A DNA stretch of 64,000 bases from an uncultured Oceanospirillaceae bacterium (GTDB lineage: Bacteria > Pseudomonadota > Gammaproteobacteria > Pseudomonadales > Balneatricaceae). Below the pieces are notes generated by a model. That model was not told the DNA's origin. It did not search any database and saw only the letters and a program-made list of their open reading frames with translations. Where the stretch lies: positions 582-64,581 of the forward strand of contig CAJXNY010000026.1 of NCBI GenBank assembly GCA_913057435.1. Reading direction: 5' to 3'. Made by a program: the position numbers and the translations under genes. Below, one piece after another: positions 21,459-33,042 of this stretch (its first letter is position 1; each line of letters begins with the position of its first letter).

Positions 21459-24041
21459 ATGGCAGAAGTCACAGTTAAACAGCTTGCCGAAATGGTTGGT
21501 GTTTCCGTTGAGCGTCTGATGACGCAGATGCAGGAAGCCGGCATCAGTGGTAAGAATGAAGGTGCGTCTGTATCGGAAAGTGAGCGTCAATCGCTGCTGG
21601 TGCACCTCAAACGTAGTCATGGCGAGGATGCCGAAGGCAGTGAGCCAACCAAGATAACTTTGAAGCGCAAAACGACCAGTCAGCTGAAGGTAGCCTCCGG
21701 CGCCTCGGGCAAGAAAAAAACAGTGAGCGTGGAAGTGCGTAAAAAACGCACCTACGTGAAACGTGATGAGCTGGAAGACAGTGCGCCAAGTGAAGAAGAC
21801 GCGGGTCGCGCGCTGGAAGCAGAACAAGCGGCACGACTGGAAGCTGATCGTCTGAAAGTGGAAGAAGACACTCAGCGCAAAGCAGAAGAGGAAGTTAAGC
21901 GAGTGGCAGAACAAGACGCCAAACGTACAGCGGAAGACGAAGCTAAGCGTAAGGCGGAGCAAGAAGCCACTGCCAAACGCCAAACTGAAGATAACGCTCG
22001 CCGCCAGGCTCAGGATGACGCACGTCGTCAGGCTGACGAACTGGCCGCTAAAGCCGCCGCCCGTACAGCAAATGCTGCCGGAGCTGGCGATAACCGTGGC
22101 GGTCGTAACGATGCAGGTCCTGGTCGCCGCGATCCGAAGAAAGGTAACGCGCATAACCCACGTGGTGGCAAACCAGGTGGTCGTGACGGTGGTAATCGCC
22201 GTGGCGGAAAAATGAGCCGTAAACCTAGCCGCAATCAGTCTAATCGCCCGAATGAACATGGCTTTAAAGAGCCAACTGTTCGTCAGGTGCATGAAGTTAC
22301 GATTCCAGAAAGCCTGACAGTTGCCGAGCTGGCCAAGAAGATGTCCGTGAAAGCTGCGGAAGTCATCAAGGTGATGTTCAATATGGGCGCTATGGCGACC
22401 ATCAACCAGGTGATTGATCAGGAAACGGCCGTACTGGTTGTTGAAGAGATGGGCCATACGCCTAAGCCATTGCAGGAAAATGCGGTGGAAGAGGCGCTGA
22501 TGGAGAGCGTTGCACAGGCCGCTGGTGAACAGCGTGGCCGTGCACCGGTTGTTACCGTGATGGGTCATGTTGACCATGGTAAAACATCGTTGCTGGATTA
22601 CATCCGTACCACCCGCGTTGCTGCAGGTGAGTCCGGTGGTATTACCCAGCACATTGGTGCTTACCACGTTGAAACTGACAACGGTATGGTGACCTTCCTG
22701 GATACACCGGGACATGCGGCGTTTACCGCCATGCGTGCTCGTGGTGCCCAGCTGACAGACATCGTTATCCTGGTTGTTGCTGCAGACGATGGCGTAATGC
22801 CACAGACCGAAGAAGCGGTTCAGCATGCGAAAGCGGCTGGCGTACCTCTGGTTATCGCTGTCAACAAAATGGATAAAGAAGAAGCCGATCCAGATCGTGT
22901 TAAAAACGAACTGGCTCAGCGTGACGTTATCCCTGAAGACTGGGGCGGTGATACGCAGTTTGTTCATGTATCCGCCAAATCAGGCCAGGGTATCGACGAG
23001 CTGCTGAACGCTGTTCTGCTGCAGGCTGAATTGCTGGAACTGACGGCTGCGCCGGATGGTCCTGGTCAGGGTGTTGTGGTTGAATCCCGTCTGGATAAAG
23101 GTCGTGGCCCGGTTGCAACCTTGCTGGTACAGAACGGTACGCTGCGTAAGGGCGACATCGTACTGGCGGGTCAGCACTACGGTCGTATTCGCGCCATGAT
23201 GGACGAAAACGGCAAGCTGATTGAATCGGCAGGTCCTGCGATTCCAGTCGAGATTCTCGGTCTGGATGGCACCCCGGGTGCAGGTGAAGAGTTCACCATG
23301 GTATCCAGCGAGAAGAAGGCCCGCGAAGTTGCACTGTTCCGTCAGGGCAAATACCGCGAAGTCAAACTGGCGCGTCAGCAGAAAGCCAAGCTGGAGAACC
23401 TGTTCTCCAACATGCAGGCTGGTGATGTCAAGTCTCTGAACATCGTCCTGAAAGCAGACGTTCGTGGTTCCCTGGAAGCACTGACCAATGCACTGGAAGA
23501 CCTGTCTACCGAAGAAGTGAAGGTTAACATCGTCTCTTCTGGTGTCGGTGGTATTGCTGAGACTGATGCCAATCTGGCGGTTGCGTCTTCTGCAATCATG
23601 ATTGGTTTCAACGTTCGTGCGGATATCCAGGCACGTGCCGTGGTTGAGCGTGAAGAGCTGGAATTGCGTTACTACAGCGTTATTTACGACATCATTGATG
23701 ACGTGAAACTGGCGATGACCGGTCTGCTGTCTCCAGAATACCGCGAAGATATCGTCGGTATTGCTGAAGTACGTGACGTATTCCGTGCACCGAAGATCGG
23801 CGCGGTTGCTGGCTGTATGGTTACCGAAGGTACCGTATACCGCAGCAAACGTATCCGTGTACTGCGTGAAAACGTTGTTATCTATGAAGGTGAGCTGGAA
23901 TCCCTGCGTCGCTTCAAAGATAACGTCAGTGACGTTCGCCAGGGCATGGAATGTGGTATCGGTGTGAAAAACTACAATGATGTTAAAGTCGGCGATCAGA
24001 TCGAAGTCTTTGACACAATTGAAGTGCAGCGTACCCTGTAA
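21459..24041 (+). CDS. infB: Translation initiation factor IF-2
   Basis: 860 aa with a charged, low-complexity N-terminal region and the GTPase core [16 protein letters not shown]...DTPGH...NKMD. Confidence 0.95.
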   Translation: MAEVTVKQLAEMVGVSVERLMTQMQEAGISGKNEGASVSESERQSLLVHLKRSHGEDAEGSEPTKITLKRKTTSQLKVASGASGKKKTVSVEVRKKRTYVKRDELEDSAPSEEDAGRALEAEQAARLEADRLKVEEDTQRKAEEEVKRVAEQDAKRTAEDEAKRKAEQEATAKRQTEDNARRQAQDDARRQADELAAKAAARTANAAGAGDNRGGRNDAGPGRRDPKKGNAHNPRGGKPGGRDGGNRRGGKMSRKPSRNQSNRPNEHGFKEPTVRQVHEVTIPESLTVAELAKKMSVKAAEVIKVMFNMGAMATINQVIDQETAVLVVEEMGHTPKPLQENAVEEALMESVAQAAGEQRGRAPVVTVMGHVDHGKTSLLDYIRTTRVAAGESGGITQHIGAYHVETDNGMVTFLDTPGHAAFTAMRARGAQLTDIVILVVAADDGVMPQTEEAVQHAKAAGVPLVIAVNKMDKEEADPDRVKNELAQRDVIPEDWGGDTQFVHVSAKSGQGIDELLNAVLLQAELLELTAAPDGPGQGVVVESRLDKGRGPVATLLVQNGTLRKGDIVLAGQHYGRIRAMMDENGKLIESAGPAIPVEILGLDGTPGAGEEFTMVSSEKKAREVALFRQGKYREVKLARQQKAKLENLFSNMQAGDVKSLNIVLKADVRGSLEALTNALEDLSTEEVKVNIVSSGVGGIAETDANLAVASSAIMIGFNVRADIQARAVVEREELELRYYSVIYDIIDDVKLAMTGLLSPEYREDIVGIAEVRDVFRAPKIGAVAGCMVTEGTVYRSKRIRVLRENVVIYEGELESLRRFKDNVSDVRQGMECGIGVKNYNDVKVGDQIEVFDTIEVQRTL

Positions 24042-24448
24042 TGGCAAAAGAGTTTAGCCGTACACAGCGAGTAGCGGATCAGGTCCAGAAGGACCTGGCC
24101 CGCCTCATCCAGCGGGATCTTAAAGATCCCCGTCTGGGCATGATCACAGTCAGCTACGTCAAGATCAGCAAAGATCTTGGCTACGCTGATATCTACGTTA
24201 CCGTGATGCCATTTGGCGAGCAGGAAGAAGCCGAGGCGATCAAAGATAGCCTCAAAGTGCTGAACAATGCTGCGGGCCATCTGCGTCACGAACTGGCACG
24301 TGGTATCAAACTGCGCATCATGCCTGAGCTTCGCTTCCACTTCGATTCTACAATCGCGCGTGGACGTCATCTGCATGGCCTGATTGAAAAGGCCTACCGG
24401 ATGGAAGGCGAGCCAGACACAACAGACAAAACCGACAACGAGGAATAA
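24041..24448 (+). CDS. rbfA: Ribosome-binding factor A
   Basis: 135 aa: [38 protein letters not shown]... Confidence 0.9.
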   Translation: MAKEFSRTQRVADQVQKDLARLIQRDLKDPRLGMITVSYVKISKDLGYADIYVTVMPFGEQEEAEAIKDSLKVLNNAAGHLRHELARGIKLRIMPELRFHFDSTIARGRHLHGLIEKAYRMEGEPDTTDKTDNEE

Positions 24449-24451
24449 TCC

Positions 24452-25432
24452 GTGGCGCGACGTAATCGTGGCCGCGATGTTGACGGTATTCTGCTGTTGC
24501 ACAAACCGCAGGGGGTAACCTCAAACGGTGTGCTGCAGCAGGTCAAGCGGCTCTTCGGTGCTGCTAAAGCAGGCCATACCGGCGCGCTGGATCCTCTGGC
24601 AACCGGTATGCTGCCTATCTGCTTTGGCGAAGGCACTAAATTTTCCCAATATCTGCTCGAATCTGATAAGCGCTACCAGACCACGGCCAAGCTGGGTATT
24701 CGTACCGACAGCTCTGATGCTGATGGCAAGGTTGTGGCTGAAGCTGAGGTTGGCGAACATGTCACTGAAGCACTGATTCGCGAACTGCTAATTAAGCACT
24801 TCTCCGGCGAAATTACTCAGGTGCCGTCGATGTTTTCGGCGCTCAAGTTTAATGGCCAGCCGTTGTACAAGCTGGCGCGTCAGGGAATACAGGTTGAGGT
24901 CAAGTCACGTCAGGTGATGATCTACGAGATCGAATTACTCGATTTTCGTGGTGACGAGGTGGATCTGGATATTCGTTGCTCCAAAGGCACCTATATTCGT
25001 TCTATCGTCGAAGATCTTGGTTTGTTGCTGGGCTGTGGTGCCCATGTGGCAAAACTGCATCGACTGGACGCAGGCCCGTTCAAGGCCGCCCAGATGATGC
25101 CGGTGACTGATATAGAGCAACTGGCGGCGCTGACAGAGGCCGATCAGGGCGATATAAAATGCGCACAAGCCCGGCTGGATCAGTTACTATTGCCGATCTG
25201 GACAGCACTGGGTGAGGGTGTACCTTCACTGGAGCTGGACGAGAAGCAGACGGCGAAAATCTGCAATGGTCAGACCGTTGTATTGACCGCCGACCAGTGT
25301 GACTCAGGTGACACTGACTGTATTCAACTGTTTGGTACGCCAGACAGTCGTTTTCTCGGCGTAGGCCGGATCTCTGAGGGCGATAAATTGCGTGCTCAGC
25401 GGTTGTGTAAAACCGGTGATCAGCCCGCCTGA
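24452..25432 (+). CDS. truB: tRNA pseudouridine(55) synthase TruB
   Basis: 326 aa: ...GILLLHKPQGVTSNGVLQQVKRLF...KAGHTGALDPLATGMLPICFGEGTK... GTG start. Confidence 0.9.
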   Translation: MARRNRGRDVDGILLLHKPQGVTSNGVLQQVKRLFGAAKAGHTGALDPLATGMLPICFGEGTKFSQYLLESDKRYQTTAKLGIRTDSSDADGKVVAEAEVGEHVTEALIRELLIKHFSGEITQVPSMFSALKFNGQPLYKLARQGIQVEVKSRQVMIYEIELLDFRGDEVDLDIRCSKGTYIRSIVEDLGLLLGCGAHVAKLHRLDAGPFKAAQMMPVTDIEQLAALTEADQGDIKCAQARLDQLLLPIWTALGEGVPSLELDEKQTAKICNGQTVVLTADQCDSGDTDCIQLFGTPDSRFLGVGRISEGDKLRAQRLCKTGDQPA

Positions 25433-25563
25433 TTCGTCGGACATGAATTGATTTCTGATGAGAATATCTCATTGGTTTCGTGGCGTTGTACTGGAAATAT
25501 GCTCGGTGCATCGTTTCTTTTAATGGCGATCAAAGATCGTCAGCATATTTTGGAGATAGTCTC

Positions 25564-25833
25564 ATGGCGTTATCCGTAGAAAAGAAAGCAGAAATCGTAG
25601 CTAAGTTTGCTCAGGGCGAAAACGACACGGGTTCCCCGGAAGTTCAGGTTGCGCTGCTGACATCTAACATCGAAGCTCTGCAGGGTCACTTCAAAACAAA
25701 CAAGCATGACCATCATTCTCGCCGTGGTCTGATTCGCATGGTAAACCAGCGTCGTAAGCTGCTGGATTACCTGAAGAAGAAAGACGCCAGCCGTTACCTG
25801 GTGCTGATCGGTGAACTGGGTCTGCGTCGTTAA
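25564..25833 (+). CDS. rpsO: 30S ribosomal protein S15
   Basis: 89 aa: [33 protein letters not shown]...[24 protein letters not shown]. The track ORF start at 25480 is an upstream extension. Confidence 0.95.
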   Translation: MALSVEKKAEIVAKFAQGENDTGSPEVQVALLTSNIEALQGHFKTNKHDHHSRRGLIRMVNQRRKLLDYLKKKDASRYLVLIGELGLRR

Positions 25834-25847
25834 GACGTGATTCACAG

Positions 25848-25873
25848 GGGCCATACATTGTATGGCCCTTTTT
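25848..25873 (+). terminator. Intrinsic terminator after rpsO
   Basis: GGGCCATAC-ATT-GTATGGCCC followed by TTTTT. Confidence 0.75.
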
Positions 25874-25914
25874 ACATGTGCCGGAACGGTCAACTGTTTC
25901 ACCACTTATTGTAG

Positions 25915-25958
25915 CCTGTACTCACTTGGCTTCTGGCTAGAACCCAATTGAGTACTGG
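25915..25958 (+). promoter_or_regulatory. Long hairpin in the pnp 5' leader (candidate RNase III autoregulation site)
   Basis: CCTGTACTCACTTGG ... CCAATTGAGTACTGG forms a 15-bp stem with 2 mismatches. Its position is analogous to the E. coli pnp leader stem-loop. Confidence 0.45.
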
Positions 25959-26021
25959 CTGAAAGGCGAAACAGCACCCTAAAACTCCGGCGTCACGATT
26001 TATCTGAACAGGAAAATCACT

Positions 26022-28124
26022 GTGTTCCAGGTATCTACTAAGACATTCCAGTTTGGTGACCACGAAGTTACCATCGAAACGGGCCGTGTTGCTCGTCAGG
26101 CTACCGGTGCCGTTATGGTTACCATGGGTGGCGTACAGGTTCTGTGTACCGTTGTTGGCGCTAAAGTTGCCAAAGAAGGTCAGGGCTTCTTCCCGCTGTC
26201 CGTACACTACCAGGAAAAGTACTACTCTGTAGGCCGTATTCCAGGTGGTTTCTTCAAGCGTGAAGCGCGTCCAACTGAAAAAGAAACACTGACATCACGC
26301 CTGATCGACCGTCCAATTCGTCCACTGTTCCCGAAAGGTTACATGAACGAAGTACAGGTGGTTTGTACGGTAATGTCTGCTGACAAAGTAAACGATCCAG
26401 ACATCGCAGCGATGATTGGTACGTCTGCAGCGCTGGCGATCTCCGGTATCCCATTCCAGGGCCCTATCGGTGCCGCGCGTGTTGGCTTTACTGAAGATGC
26501 CGGTTACATCCTGAACCCGACTTACGAACAGCTGGCCACGTCTGAACTGGACATGGTTGTTGCGGGTACCTCTGACGCGGTTCTGATGGTTGAGTCTCAG
26601 GCTCAGGAACTGACTGAAGACGAAATGCTGGGTGCGGTGCTGTTTGCCCACCAGGAAATGCAGGTTGTTGTTAACGCCGTGAACGAGCTGGCTGCTGAAG
26701 CCGGTAAAGAAGCATGGGTGTGGACACCAGCAGAGAAAAACGAAGCGCTGATTGCTCTGGTGAAAGCTGAAGTAGGCGCGGGTATTGCTGCGGCATACCA
26801 GGTTGCTAACAAGCTGGAGCGTCAGAACACGCTGGGCGCACTGCGCACTCAGGCGATTGACGCGCTGACCGGTGAAGAAGGTCAGCCTTCTGCAGGTGAA
26901 GTGTCCGGTATCTTTGCATCCCTGGAAAAAGACACCGTACGTAGCCGCATCCTGGATGGCGAGCCGCGTATCGATGGCCGTGACGGTAAAACTGTCCGCG
27001 CAATCGAAACACAGATCGATATCCTGGCGGGCACCCACGGTTCTTCTTTGTTCACCCGTGGTGAAACGCAGTCCATCGTGACCTGTACTCTGGGTACAGC
27101 CCGTGATGCACAGATCATTGATGCGATCGAAGGCGAACGTAAAGACCCGTTCATGCTGCACTACAACTTCCCTCCATACTCTGTAGGTGAATGTGGTCGT
27201 ATGATGGGTGCGGGCCGTCGTGAGATCGGTCACGGTCGTCTGGCACGTCGTGGTGTTGCGGCTGTCCTGCCTAGCCAGGAAGAGTTCCCGTACACCATCC
27301 GTATCGTATCTGATATCACTGAGTCCAACGGTTCCAGCTCCATGGCTTCCGTGTGTGGCGCATCCATGTCCATGATGGACGCGGGTGTACCACTGAAAGC
27401 CCCGGTTGCCGGTATCGCCATGGGTCTGGTTAAAGAAGGCGAGCGTTTCGCTGTACTGACCGACATCCTGGGTGATGAAGATCACCTGGGCGACATGGAC
27501 TTTAAAGTAGCCGGTACTGATGCAGGCGTAACCGCACTGCAGATGGATATCAAGATCACCGGTATTACTGAAGAGATCATGGAAATCGCGCTGGAACAGG
27601 CGTTCCACGCCCGTAAGCACATCCTGACAGAGATGGCGAAAACCATCGGCTACGCACGTCCGGAACTGCCAGACAACGCGCCAGCGATGACTCAGCTGAA
27701 GATCAACCCTGAGAAAATCCGTGACGTAATCGGTAAAGGCGGCGCGACTATCCGTGCGCTGACTGAAGAAACCGGTGCCACTATCGATATTGAAGATGAT
27801 GGTAACGTGCGTATTTACGCGGCAGATAAAGCAGCGGCTAAAGCGGCAATCGACCGTGTACTGGCGATCACTGCTGAAGCTGAAGTAGGCAAAATCTACG
27901 AAGGTAAGGTTGTTCGTATCGAAGACTTCGGTGCCTTCGTTAACATCCTGCCGGGTAAAGATGGCCTGGTTCACATTTCTCAGATCGACAACAAGCGTGT
28001 TGAGAAAGTGACCGACTACATCCAGATGGATCAGATGGTTAAAGTGAAGGTACTGGACGTCGACATGCGCGGCCGTATCAAACTGTCCATGAAAGATATG
28101 GAAGCAGACGACGCGGTAAGCTGA
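26022..28124 (+). CDS. pnp: Polyribonucleotide nucleotidyltransferase (PNPase)
   Basis: 700 aa with two RNase PH domains, KH and S1: ...[47 protein letters not shown]... Confidence 0.95.
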   Translation: MFQVSTKTFQFGDHEVTIETGRVARQATGAVMVTMGGVQVLCTVVGAKVAKEGQGFFPLSVHYQEKYYSVGRIPGGFFKREARPTEKETLTSRLIDRPIRPLFPKGYMNEVQVVCTVMSADKVNDPDIAAMIGTSAALAISGIPFQGPIGAARVGFTEDAGYILNPTYEQLATSELDMVVAGTSDAVLMVESQAQELTEDEMLGAVLFAHQEMQVVVNAVNELAAEAGKEAWVWTPAEKNEALIALVKAEVGAGIAAAYQVANKLERQNTLGALRTQAIDALTGEEGQPSAGEVSGIFASLEKDTVRSRILDGEPRIDGRDGKTVRAIETQIDILAGTHGSSLFTRGETQSIVTCTLGTARDAQIIDAIEGERKDPFMLHYNFPPYSVGECGRMMGAGRREIGHGRLARRGVAAVLPSQEEFPYTIRIVSDITESNGSSSMASVCGASMSMMDAGVPLKAPVAGIAMGLVKEGERFAVLTDILGDEDHLGDMDFKVAGTDAGVTALQMDIKITGITEEIMEIALEQAFHARKHILTEMAKTIGYARPELPDNAPAMTQLKINPEKIRDVIGKGGATIRALTEETGATIDIEDDGNVRIYAADKAAAKAAIDRVLAITAEAEVGKIYEGKVVRIEDFGAFVNILPGKDGLVHISQIDNKRVEKVTDYIQMDQMVKVKVLDVDMRGRIKLSMKDMEADDAVS

Positions 28125-28146
28125 GTTCTGGCTGCTGGCTGATCTG

Positions 28147-28174
28147 AAAAAAACCGCCTTCGGGCGGTTTTTTT
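28147..28174. terminator. Bidirectional intrinsic terminator after pnp and the convergent MocR gene
   Basis: AAAAAAACCGCCTTCGGGCGGTTTTTTT. Confidence 0.8.
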
Positions 28175-28185
28175 GTGTCTGGTGA

Positions 28186-29592
28186 TCAGTCAGAGCGGGT
28201 GATCATCTCACCCAGTCGAATAATTGCCTTGAGCTGTTTCTCTTCCCGGCGGTAATTGGCAAAACAAAGCCGCAGGTGATGGCCAAAACGCTGGTCGGTA
28301 CAGAACAGATTCCCCGGCGACAGGCCAATACCTTCAGCCAGTGCCTGGTTGAACAGCTGGTCACTGTCGACGGTAGTTGGCAGCTCAAACCATTGCAGCA
28401 TACCGCCCTCGGGAAGGATGAAGTTGACGTCATCAGGCCAGTACTGACGGACATCCTCTGCCAGCATCTGGGCGCGTTCACCATAAGCACGTGAAACCTG
28501 GCTGAGGTGGCGGCGGTAACGGCGGCCTCGCAGTAATTCGGCGGCGCACTGTTGTAACAGGCCGGAGCAGGCGATGCTGGTAACATACTTTAGATAGTTC
28601 AGTTGTTCGAAATAGCGTCCTGGTAATACCCAGCCCAGCCGAATGTCGGCATCCAGGCTCTTGGAAAATGAGCCGCAATGGAGCACGCGCTGTTCCGTGT
28701 CCAGTGCTTTTAGTGCAGTTGCGCGCTGGTTCTGGAAGCCCAGTTCGGCGAATACATCGTCTTCGATAATGGCAATGTCCCACTGATTTGCCAGCGCGAT
28801 CAGTTGCTGGCGGCTGTGAAGATCCAGGGTGAACCCCAGCGGGTTATTAAAGGTCGGATTGGTTAACAGTGCTTTGACGGGCCACTGTGCCAGGGCCTGT
28901 TCCAGCGCTACCAGATTCGTGCCACTGACCGGGTCGCCCGGAATCTCCAGTACTTTCAGCCCCAGCGCCTCAACGCACTGCAACGTACCGTAATAGCAGG
29001 GTGATTCCACGGCGATAATATCGCCGGGTCTGGCTACCGTTCTCAGGGTTAATGCCAGTGCTTCCTGGGCACCCTGGGTGATGATGATCTCTTCACTGTT
29101 GCAGGCAAATGCAGTGGCGTTCAGGTGGTCGGCCAGTGCATTGCGCAGGGAGGGATCACCGGGTGGCGCACTGTAGTGGCTGTTACGGTGAGGGTCGTCG
29201 CTACGTCGGCGGGCAGAGCGTGCCAGCTCACGATAGAAATTATGTACCGCAGGCCAGCGCGAATCGGGGTCGGCCGTGCCCAGTGCCAGAATACCAGGCC
29301 GACTGGCTGCACTCAGCACACTGAAGGCTATCGCGCCCAGAGTAACCTGGCGCGGTTGCACCGGCGGCAGGGGCTGGCAGGGTACAACGACCCGGAAACC
29401 CTGTCGTGGCTGAGCCTGGATAAGGCCAGCCTGTTCCAGTTCGCTCAGGGCATGAATGACAGTGTTCTTGCTCAGCTGATATTGCTGACTGAGGGAGCGA
29501 ATCGACGGCAGTCGACAGCCCGGCTGAAATTCAGATTGCTTGATGCGTTGTTGCAGCGTGGCTGCCAGTTGCTGATAGCGTTTCATGGGCAC
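28186..29592 (-). CDS. MocR-type transcriptional regulator (GntR HTH fused to an aminotransferase-class-I-like PLP domain)
   Basis: 468 aa with the N-terminal wHTH RLPSIRSLSQQYQLSKNTVIHALSELEQAGLI and a long AAT-like C-terminal domain (SFSKSL lysine motif). Confidence 0.85.
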   Translation of the reverse strand: MPMKRYQQLAATLQQRIKQSEFQPGCRLPSIRSLSQQYQLSKNTVIHALSELEQAGLIQAQPRQGFRVVVPCQPLPPVQPRQVTLGAIAFSVLSAASRPGILALGTADPDSRWPAVHNFYRELARSARRRSDDPHRNSHYSAPPGDPSLRNALADHLNATAFACNSEEIIITQGAQEALALTLRTVARPGDIIAVESPCYYGTLQCVEALGLKVLEIPGDPVSGTNLVALEQALAQWPVKALLTNPTFNNPLGFTLDLHSRQQLIALANQWDIAIIEDDVFAELGFQNQRATALKALDTEQRVLHCGSFSKSLDADIRLGWVLPGRYFEQLNYLKYVTSIACSGLLQQCAAELLRGRRYRRHLSQVSRAYGERAQMLAEDVRQYWPDDVNFILPEGGMLQWFELPTTVDSDQLFNQALAEGIGLSPGNLFCTDQRFGHHLRLCFANYRREEKQLKAIIRLGEMITRSD

Positions 29593-29719
29593 AGCTTAAT
29601 AAAAATTAACAAACAGGGCAGTATTTATATCTCTGTACCCAATTAAGGGTGCATCACGTGTCTCTTTTTCTGTTGTCGCTCTCTGGTTACAGTCGTTGTT
29701 CAATCAGAAGGAGAGAACA

Positions 29720-30598
29720 ATGCTGAACAGGGAACAACGACTGGCGCTGGTGCCCTGGGCGTTTGTCGGGCTCTGGAGTACCGGCTTCATTGGGGCCAAA
29801 TATGCGGTGCCCTACATGGAGCCCTTCAGTGTGCTGTTTGTCCGCATGCTGCTGACGCTGATGATTTTTGCCGGGTTGCTGTGGTGGCGAAAGCCGCAGT
29901 GGTGTACGCCGACCCAGGCCGGGCATCAGCTGGTGGTGGGATTTCTGGTACATGCCTGTTACCTGGGTGGGGTATTTGCGGCCATTGACTGGTCGATGCC
30001 CGCCGGGGTCGCCTCAGTGATTATGGGCCTGCAGCCATTACTGACGGCATTGATTGGCTGGTTGTGGCTCAGTGAGCGACTGAAAGGCTCGCAGTGGCTG
30101 GGGCTGGTGCTGGGGCTGGTGGGTGTGCTGCTGGTAATCAGCCAGACATTTCAGGGGGACACCGCTAGTGTGGGCTGGAATGCCTGGCTGGCCAGTGGTA
30201 TTTCACTGATAGCGATCTCGGTGGGCACCCTGTACCAGAAGCGCTTCGGTGGCGGGGTGGATTTGATGGTCGGAGCCTTCTATCAATACGTTGCCACGGC
30301 GCTGGTGCTGGGTTTGCTGGCCTGGCAGTTTGATAGTGGGGTGGTGGTGTGGAACTGGCAATTGATCGGCGCACTGGCCTGGCTGGTACTGGTGTTATCG
30401 GTGGCTGCGATTCTGTTACTGCTGGTGATGATCCGTGAAGGGGAAGCCAGTAAAGTCGCCAGTTATTTCTACCTGGTGCCTGCTTTGACTGCACTGGAAG
30501 CCTGGCTGCTGTTTGATGAAACCCTTAACAGCATCGCGCTGGTGGGCATTGTTGTTGCCATCAGTGGTGTCTATCTGACGGTGCGCCGGCGGGCCTGA
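29720..30598 (+). CDS. DMT-superfamily (EamA-like) transporter
   Basis: About 10 predicted TM helices in two EamA-like halves. ATG at 29720 is preceded by AAGGAGAG. The gene is divergent from the MocR regulator. Confidence 0.8.
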   Translation: MLNREQRLALVPWAFVGLWSTGFIGAKYAVPYMEPFSVLFVRMLLTLMIFAGLLWWRKPQWCTPTQAGHQLVVGFLVHACYLGGVFAAIDWSMPAGVASVIMGLQPLLTALIGWLWLSERLKGSQWLGLVLGLVGVLLVISQTFQGDTASVGWNAWLASGISLIAISVGTLYQKRFGGGVDLMVGAFYQYVATALVLGLLAWQFDSGVVVWNWQLIGALAWLVLVLSVAAILLLLVMIREGEASKVASYFYLVPALTALEAWLLFDETLNSIALVGIVVAISGVYLTVRRRA

Positions 30599-30610
30599 AT
30601 CGGCTGTCGG

Positions 30611-30646
30611 TCCATGTTCTGCATCGGGTATGATGCAGAACATGGA
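30611..30646 (+). repeat. Perfect 15-bp inverted repeat (hairpin) between the DMT gene and mutM
   Basis: TCCATGTTCTGCATC-gggtat-GATGCAGAACATGGA. No T-run follows, so it is not a canonical intrinsic terminator. Confidence 0.6.
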
Positions 30647-30666
30647 TATGATGTAGAGCCTGGTCG

Positions 30667-31479
30667 ATGCCTGAATTACCTGAAGTTGAAACAACCCGCC
30701 GGGGCATTGCGCCCCATATCAAACACCGCACCGTGACCGAGCTGGTGGTACGCCAGCCCAGGCTACGCTGGCCGGTGCCTGCTGAACTGCATGAGATTCT
30801 GCCCGGCCAGCCGGTGCTGTCTGTTGAACGGCGGGCCAAATACCTGCTGATCGAGTTTGCTTCCGGTACCTTACTGGTGCACCTGGGTATGTCGGGCAGT
30901 TTGCGGCTGGTGTCCGTTGAGCAGGAGGCCAATAAACATGATCATGTGGATATCTGCTTCGATAATGATATGGCGCTGCGCCTGCATGACCCACGTCGGT
31001 TTGGCGCAGTACTCTGGCAGCCGCAGGGCGAGACGCACAGCCTGCTGGCCTCTCTCGGCCCGGAGCCGCTGACCGATGCCTTTACCGCTGAGTATATGGC
31101 CGTCTGTGCGAAAGGTCGCCGCTCGGCGATTAAAACCTTTATCATGGATAATCATGTTGTTGTGGGCGTTGGTAATATCTATGCCAACGAAGCGCTGTAT
31201 GCTGCAGGCATTGATCCCCGGCGTCAGGCGGGCCGTATTTCAGCGGCACGGCTGGCACGGCTGGTGGATGAGATAAAAACGGTGCTGGCTCGGGCGATAA
31301 ACCAGGGTGGCACTACATTGAAAGATTTTGTTGGTGGTGACGGCAAGCCGGGCTATTTTGCCCAGCAGCTAAATGTCTATGGTCGAGCAGGGGAGCCCTG
31401 TCCGGGTTGTGGCCGCGCGCTAAGTGAAGTCCGGTTAGGTCAGCGTGCCACGGTCTTTTGCAGTCACTGTCAGCGCTGA
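30667..31479 (+). CDS. mutM: Formamidopyrimidine-DNA glycosylase
   Basis: 270 aa: [13 protein letters not shown]..., with the C-terminal zinc finger CPGCG...CSHCQR. Confidence 0.95.
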   Translation: MPELPEVETTRRGIAPHIKHRTVTELVVRQPRLRWPVPAELHEILPGQPVLSVERRAKYLLIEFASGTLLVHLGMSGSLRLVSVEQEANKHDHVDICFDNDMALRLHDPRRFGAVLWQPQGETHSLLASLGPEPLTDAFTAEYMAVCAKGRRSAIKTFIMDNHVVVGVGNIYANEALYAAGIDPRRQAGRISAARLARLVDEIKTVLARAINQGGTTLKDFVGGDGKPGYFAQQLNVYGRAGEPCPGCGRALSEVRLGQRATVFCSHCQR

Positions 31480-31492
31480 TAAAGGATAGGGA

Positions 31493-32392
31493 ATGGGTCA
31501 GGCGGAACAGAAGGACATGGCGTTTGAGCAACATCGACGCTGGTATCGGCAGCAGCTGGGGATTGAGCTCTGGCTTGCCCGGCGGGAGATCTTTCCGCTG
31601 ACCGAATTGGGCATTCATGCCGAACTCTATCATCACCATGAGGACTCACCCACGCTGATTTTTCTGCCCGGCATCGGCACCTATGTCGAGCTGTATGCAG
31701 AACTGCTGGGCCGTTTGAGCGACAAAGGTTTTAATATACTGGCAATCGACCCACCCGGTCATGGTTACTCTGAAGGCAGTCGTGGTGCTTACACTGTGGA
31801 GCAGATTGATCAGGCGGTGAGCCTGGCCATTGATACGCTCAGCCCACGTTATAAAGGTGCATTCGGAGTTTTTGGTTTCTCGATTGGCTCGTTGCTGGCC
31901 GTCAGTGCGGCTGAGCAGGACAGCCGGGTCGAGTCCATTCTCTGTAGCACGCTGTTACTGCCTGATCTGCCGCCGGATATGCTGCACTGGGCTGGCTGGC
32001 AATGGACCTGGAGTAGCGCATTTTTCTTCCCGCAGCTGGAAGTTCCGCTGGGCCATATGATGGACTTCCGTCAGCTGATTGCCGGGCACCCGGCAGCTGC
32101 GGCCATCAATGACGACCCGCTGATTGTGACGAACTATCCACTCTCGACGCTCTCCAGCCTGTTTAATCACTGCTGCGGTATTGTGAGTAAAGAATATGGC
32201 TTTAAAGCGGCGATCATTCACGGTGACCGTGATGAAGTATTGCCGTTAAGTTATTCGGAACGGGTGGTGAACCATTGTCGCCATCCGCTGGAGCTGTTTC
32301 CGGTGCCCCGCGCCAGTCATATGATGCCCTGGTTGCAGACGCCGGTGATGCTTGACGTCGCCAGTGACTGGTTCCACCGCTCGCTGGGGTAG
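31493..32392 (+). CDS. Alpha/beta-fold hydrolase
   Basis: 299 aa with the nucleophile elbow GFSIGS, a GDRD acid and a late His (ASHMM). Confidence 0.75.
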   Translation: MGQAEQKDMAFEQHRRWYRQQLGIELWLARREIFPLTELGIHAELYHHHEDSPTLIFLPGIGTYVELYAELLGRLSDKGFNILAIDPPGHGYSEGSRGAYTVEQIDQAVSLAIDTLSPRYKGAFGVFGFSIGSLLAVSAAEQDSRVESILCSTLLLPDLPPDMLHWAGWQWTWSSAFFFPQLEVPLGHMMDFRQLIAGHPAAAAINDDPLIVTNYPLSTLSSLFNHCCGIVSKEYGFKAAIIHGDRDEVLPLSYSERVVNHCRHPLELFPVPRASHMMPWLQTPVMLDVASDWFHRSLG

Positions 32393-32507
32393 TTGCTGCC
32401 ACAGCAATGAATGGCCTTTCACCAAAGCATCAATCGGTTGTCATAAAAGATTCACCGGCTGAGGCGCACTATTAGCGGCAGACAGGACTAACCGAAGGTC
32501 TGCCGTT

Positions 32508-33041
32508 ATGAATGTGCTGCGGGATAAGCTGGCCAGTTTCGATCTGATCGCCTTTCAATGGTGTCTGGGGTACAACCGCCTGAGTGGGGTGAGGTTACTC
32601 AGCCGCCAGGTTTCACGCTGTGGGGATGGCCCCCTGTATGCCCTGCTGGGCATCAGCCTGGCACTGCTGGAGCCCTATGCGGGTGAGGCGTTTCTGTACA
32701 GTGGCGTGCTGGCATTTATGCTGGAATTACCCCTGTATCTGCTACTGAAAAATACCTTTCGCCGTGACCGTCCCTGTCATCGCCATGCCAGTTGTACGGC
32801 AGCGATCGAGCCCTCCGATAAATTCAGCTTCCCCTCCGGGCATGCCGCGGCGGCATTCGTGTTCGCCACTCTGATCAGTCATCACTACCCTGACTTTGCT
32901 GCCCTGAGTTATAGCGTGGCCGGGCTGATTGGTCTGTCGCGCGTTATGCTGGGGGTGCATTACCCCTGTGATATTGCGGCTGGTGCTTTGCTGGGAATCA
33001 GCAGTGCTACCCTGGCGCTGAACCTGTATGGATTACTCTGA
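32508..33041 (+). CDS. PAP2-family phosphatase (membrane)
   Basis: 177 aa with all three PAP2 motifs visible: KNTFRRDRP, PSGH, SRVMLGVHYPCD. Confidence 0.85.
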   Translation: MNVLRDKLASFDLIAFQWCLGYNRLSGVRLLSRQVSRCGDGPLYALLGISLALLEPYAGEAFLYSGVLAFMLELPLYLLLKNTFRRDRPCHRHASCTAAIEPSDKFSFPSGHAAAAFVFATLISHHYPDFAALSYSVAGLIGLSRVMLGVHYPCDIAAGALLGISSATLALNLYGLL

Positions 33042-33042
33042 T

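Noticed and set aside
21900-22260. Low-complexity Lys/Glu/Ala and Gly/Arg/Asn-rich repeats in infB (…[29 protein letters not shown]…, …[13 protein letters not shown]…[16 protein letters not shown]…).
   Set aside because: A variable charged N-terminal domain is a normal feature of bacterial IF-2. This is not an independent element.
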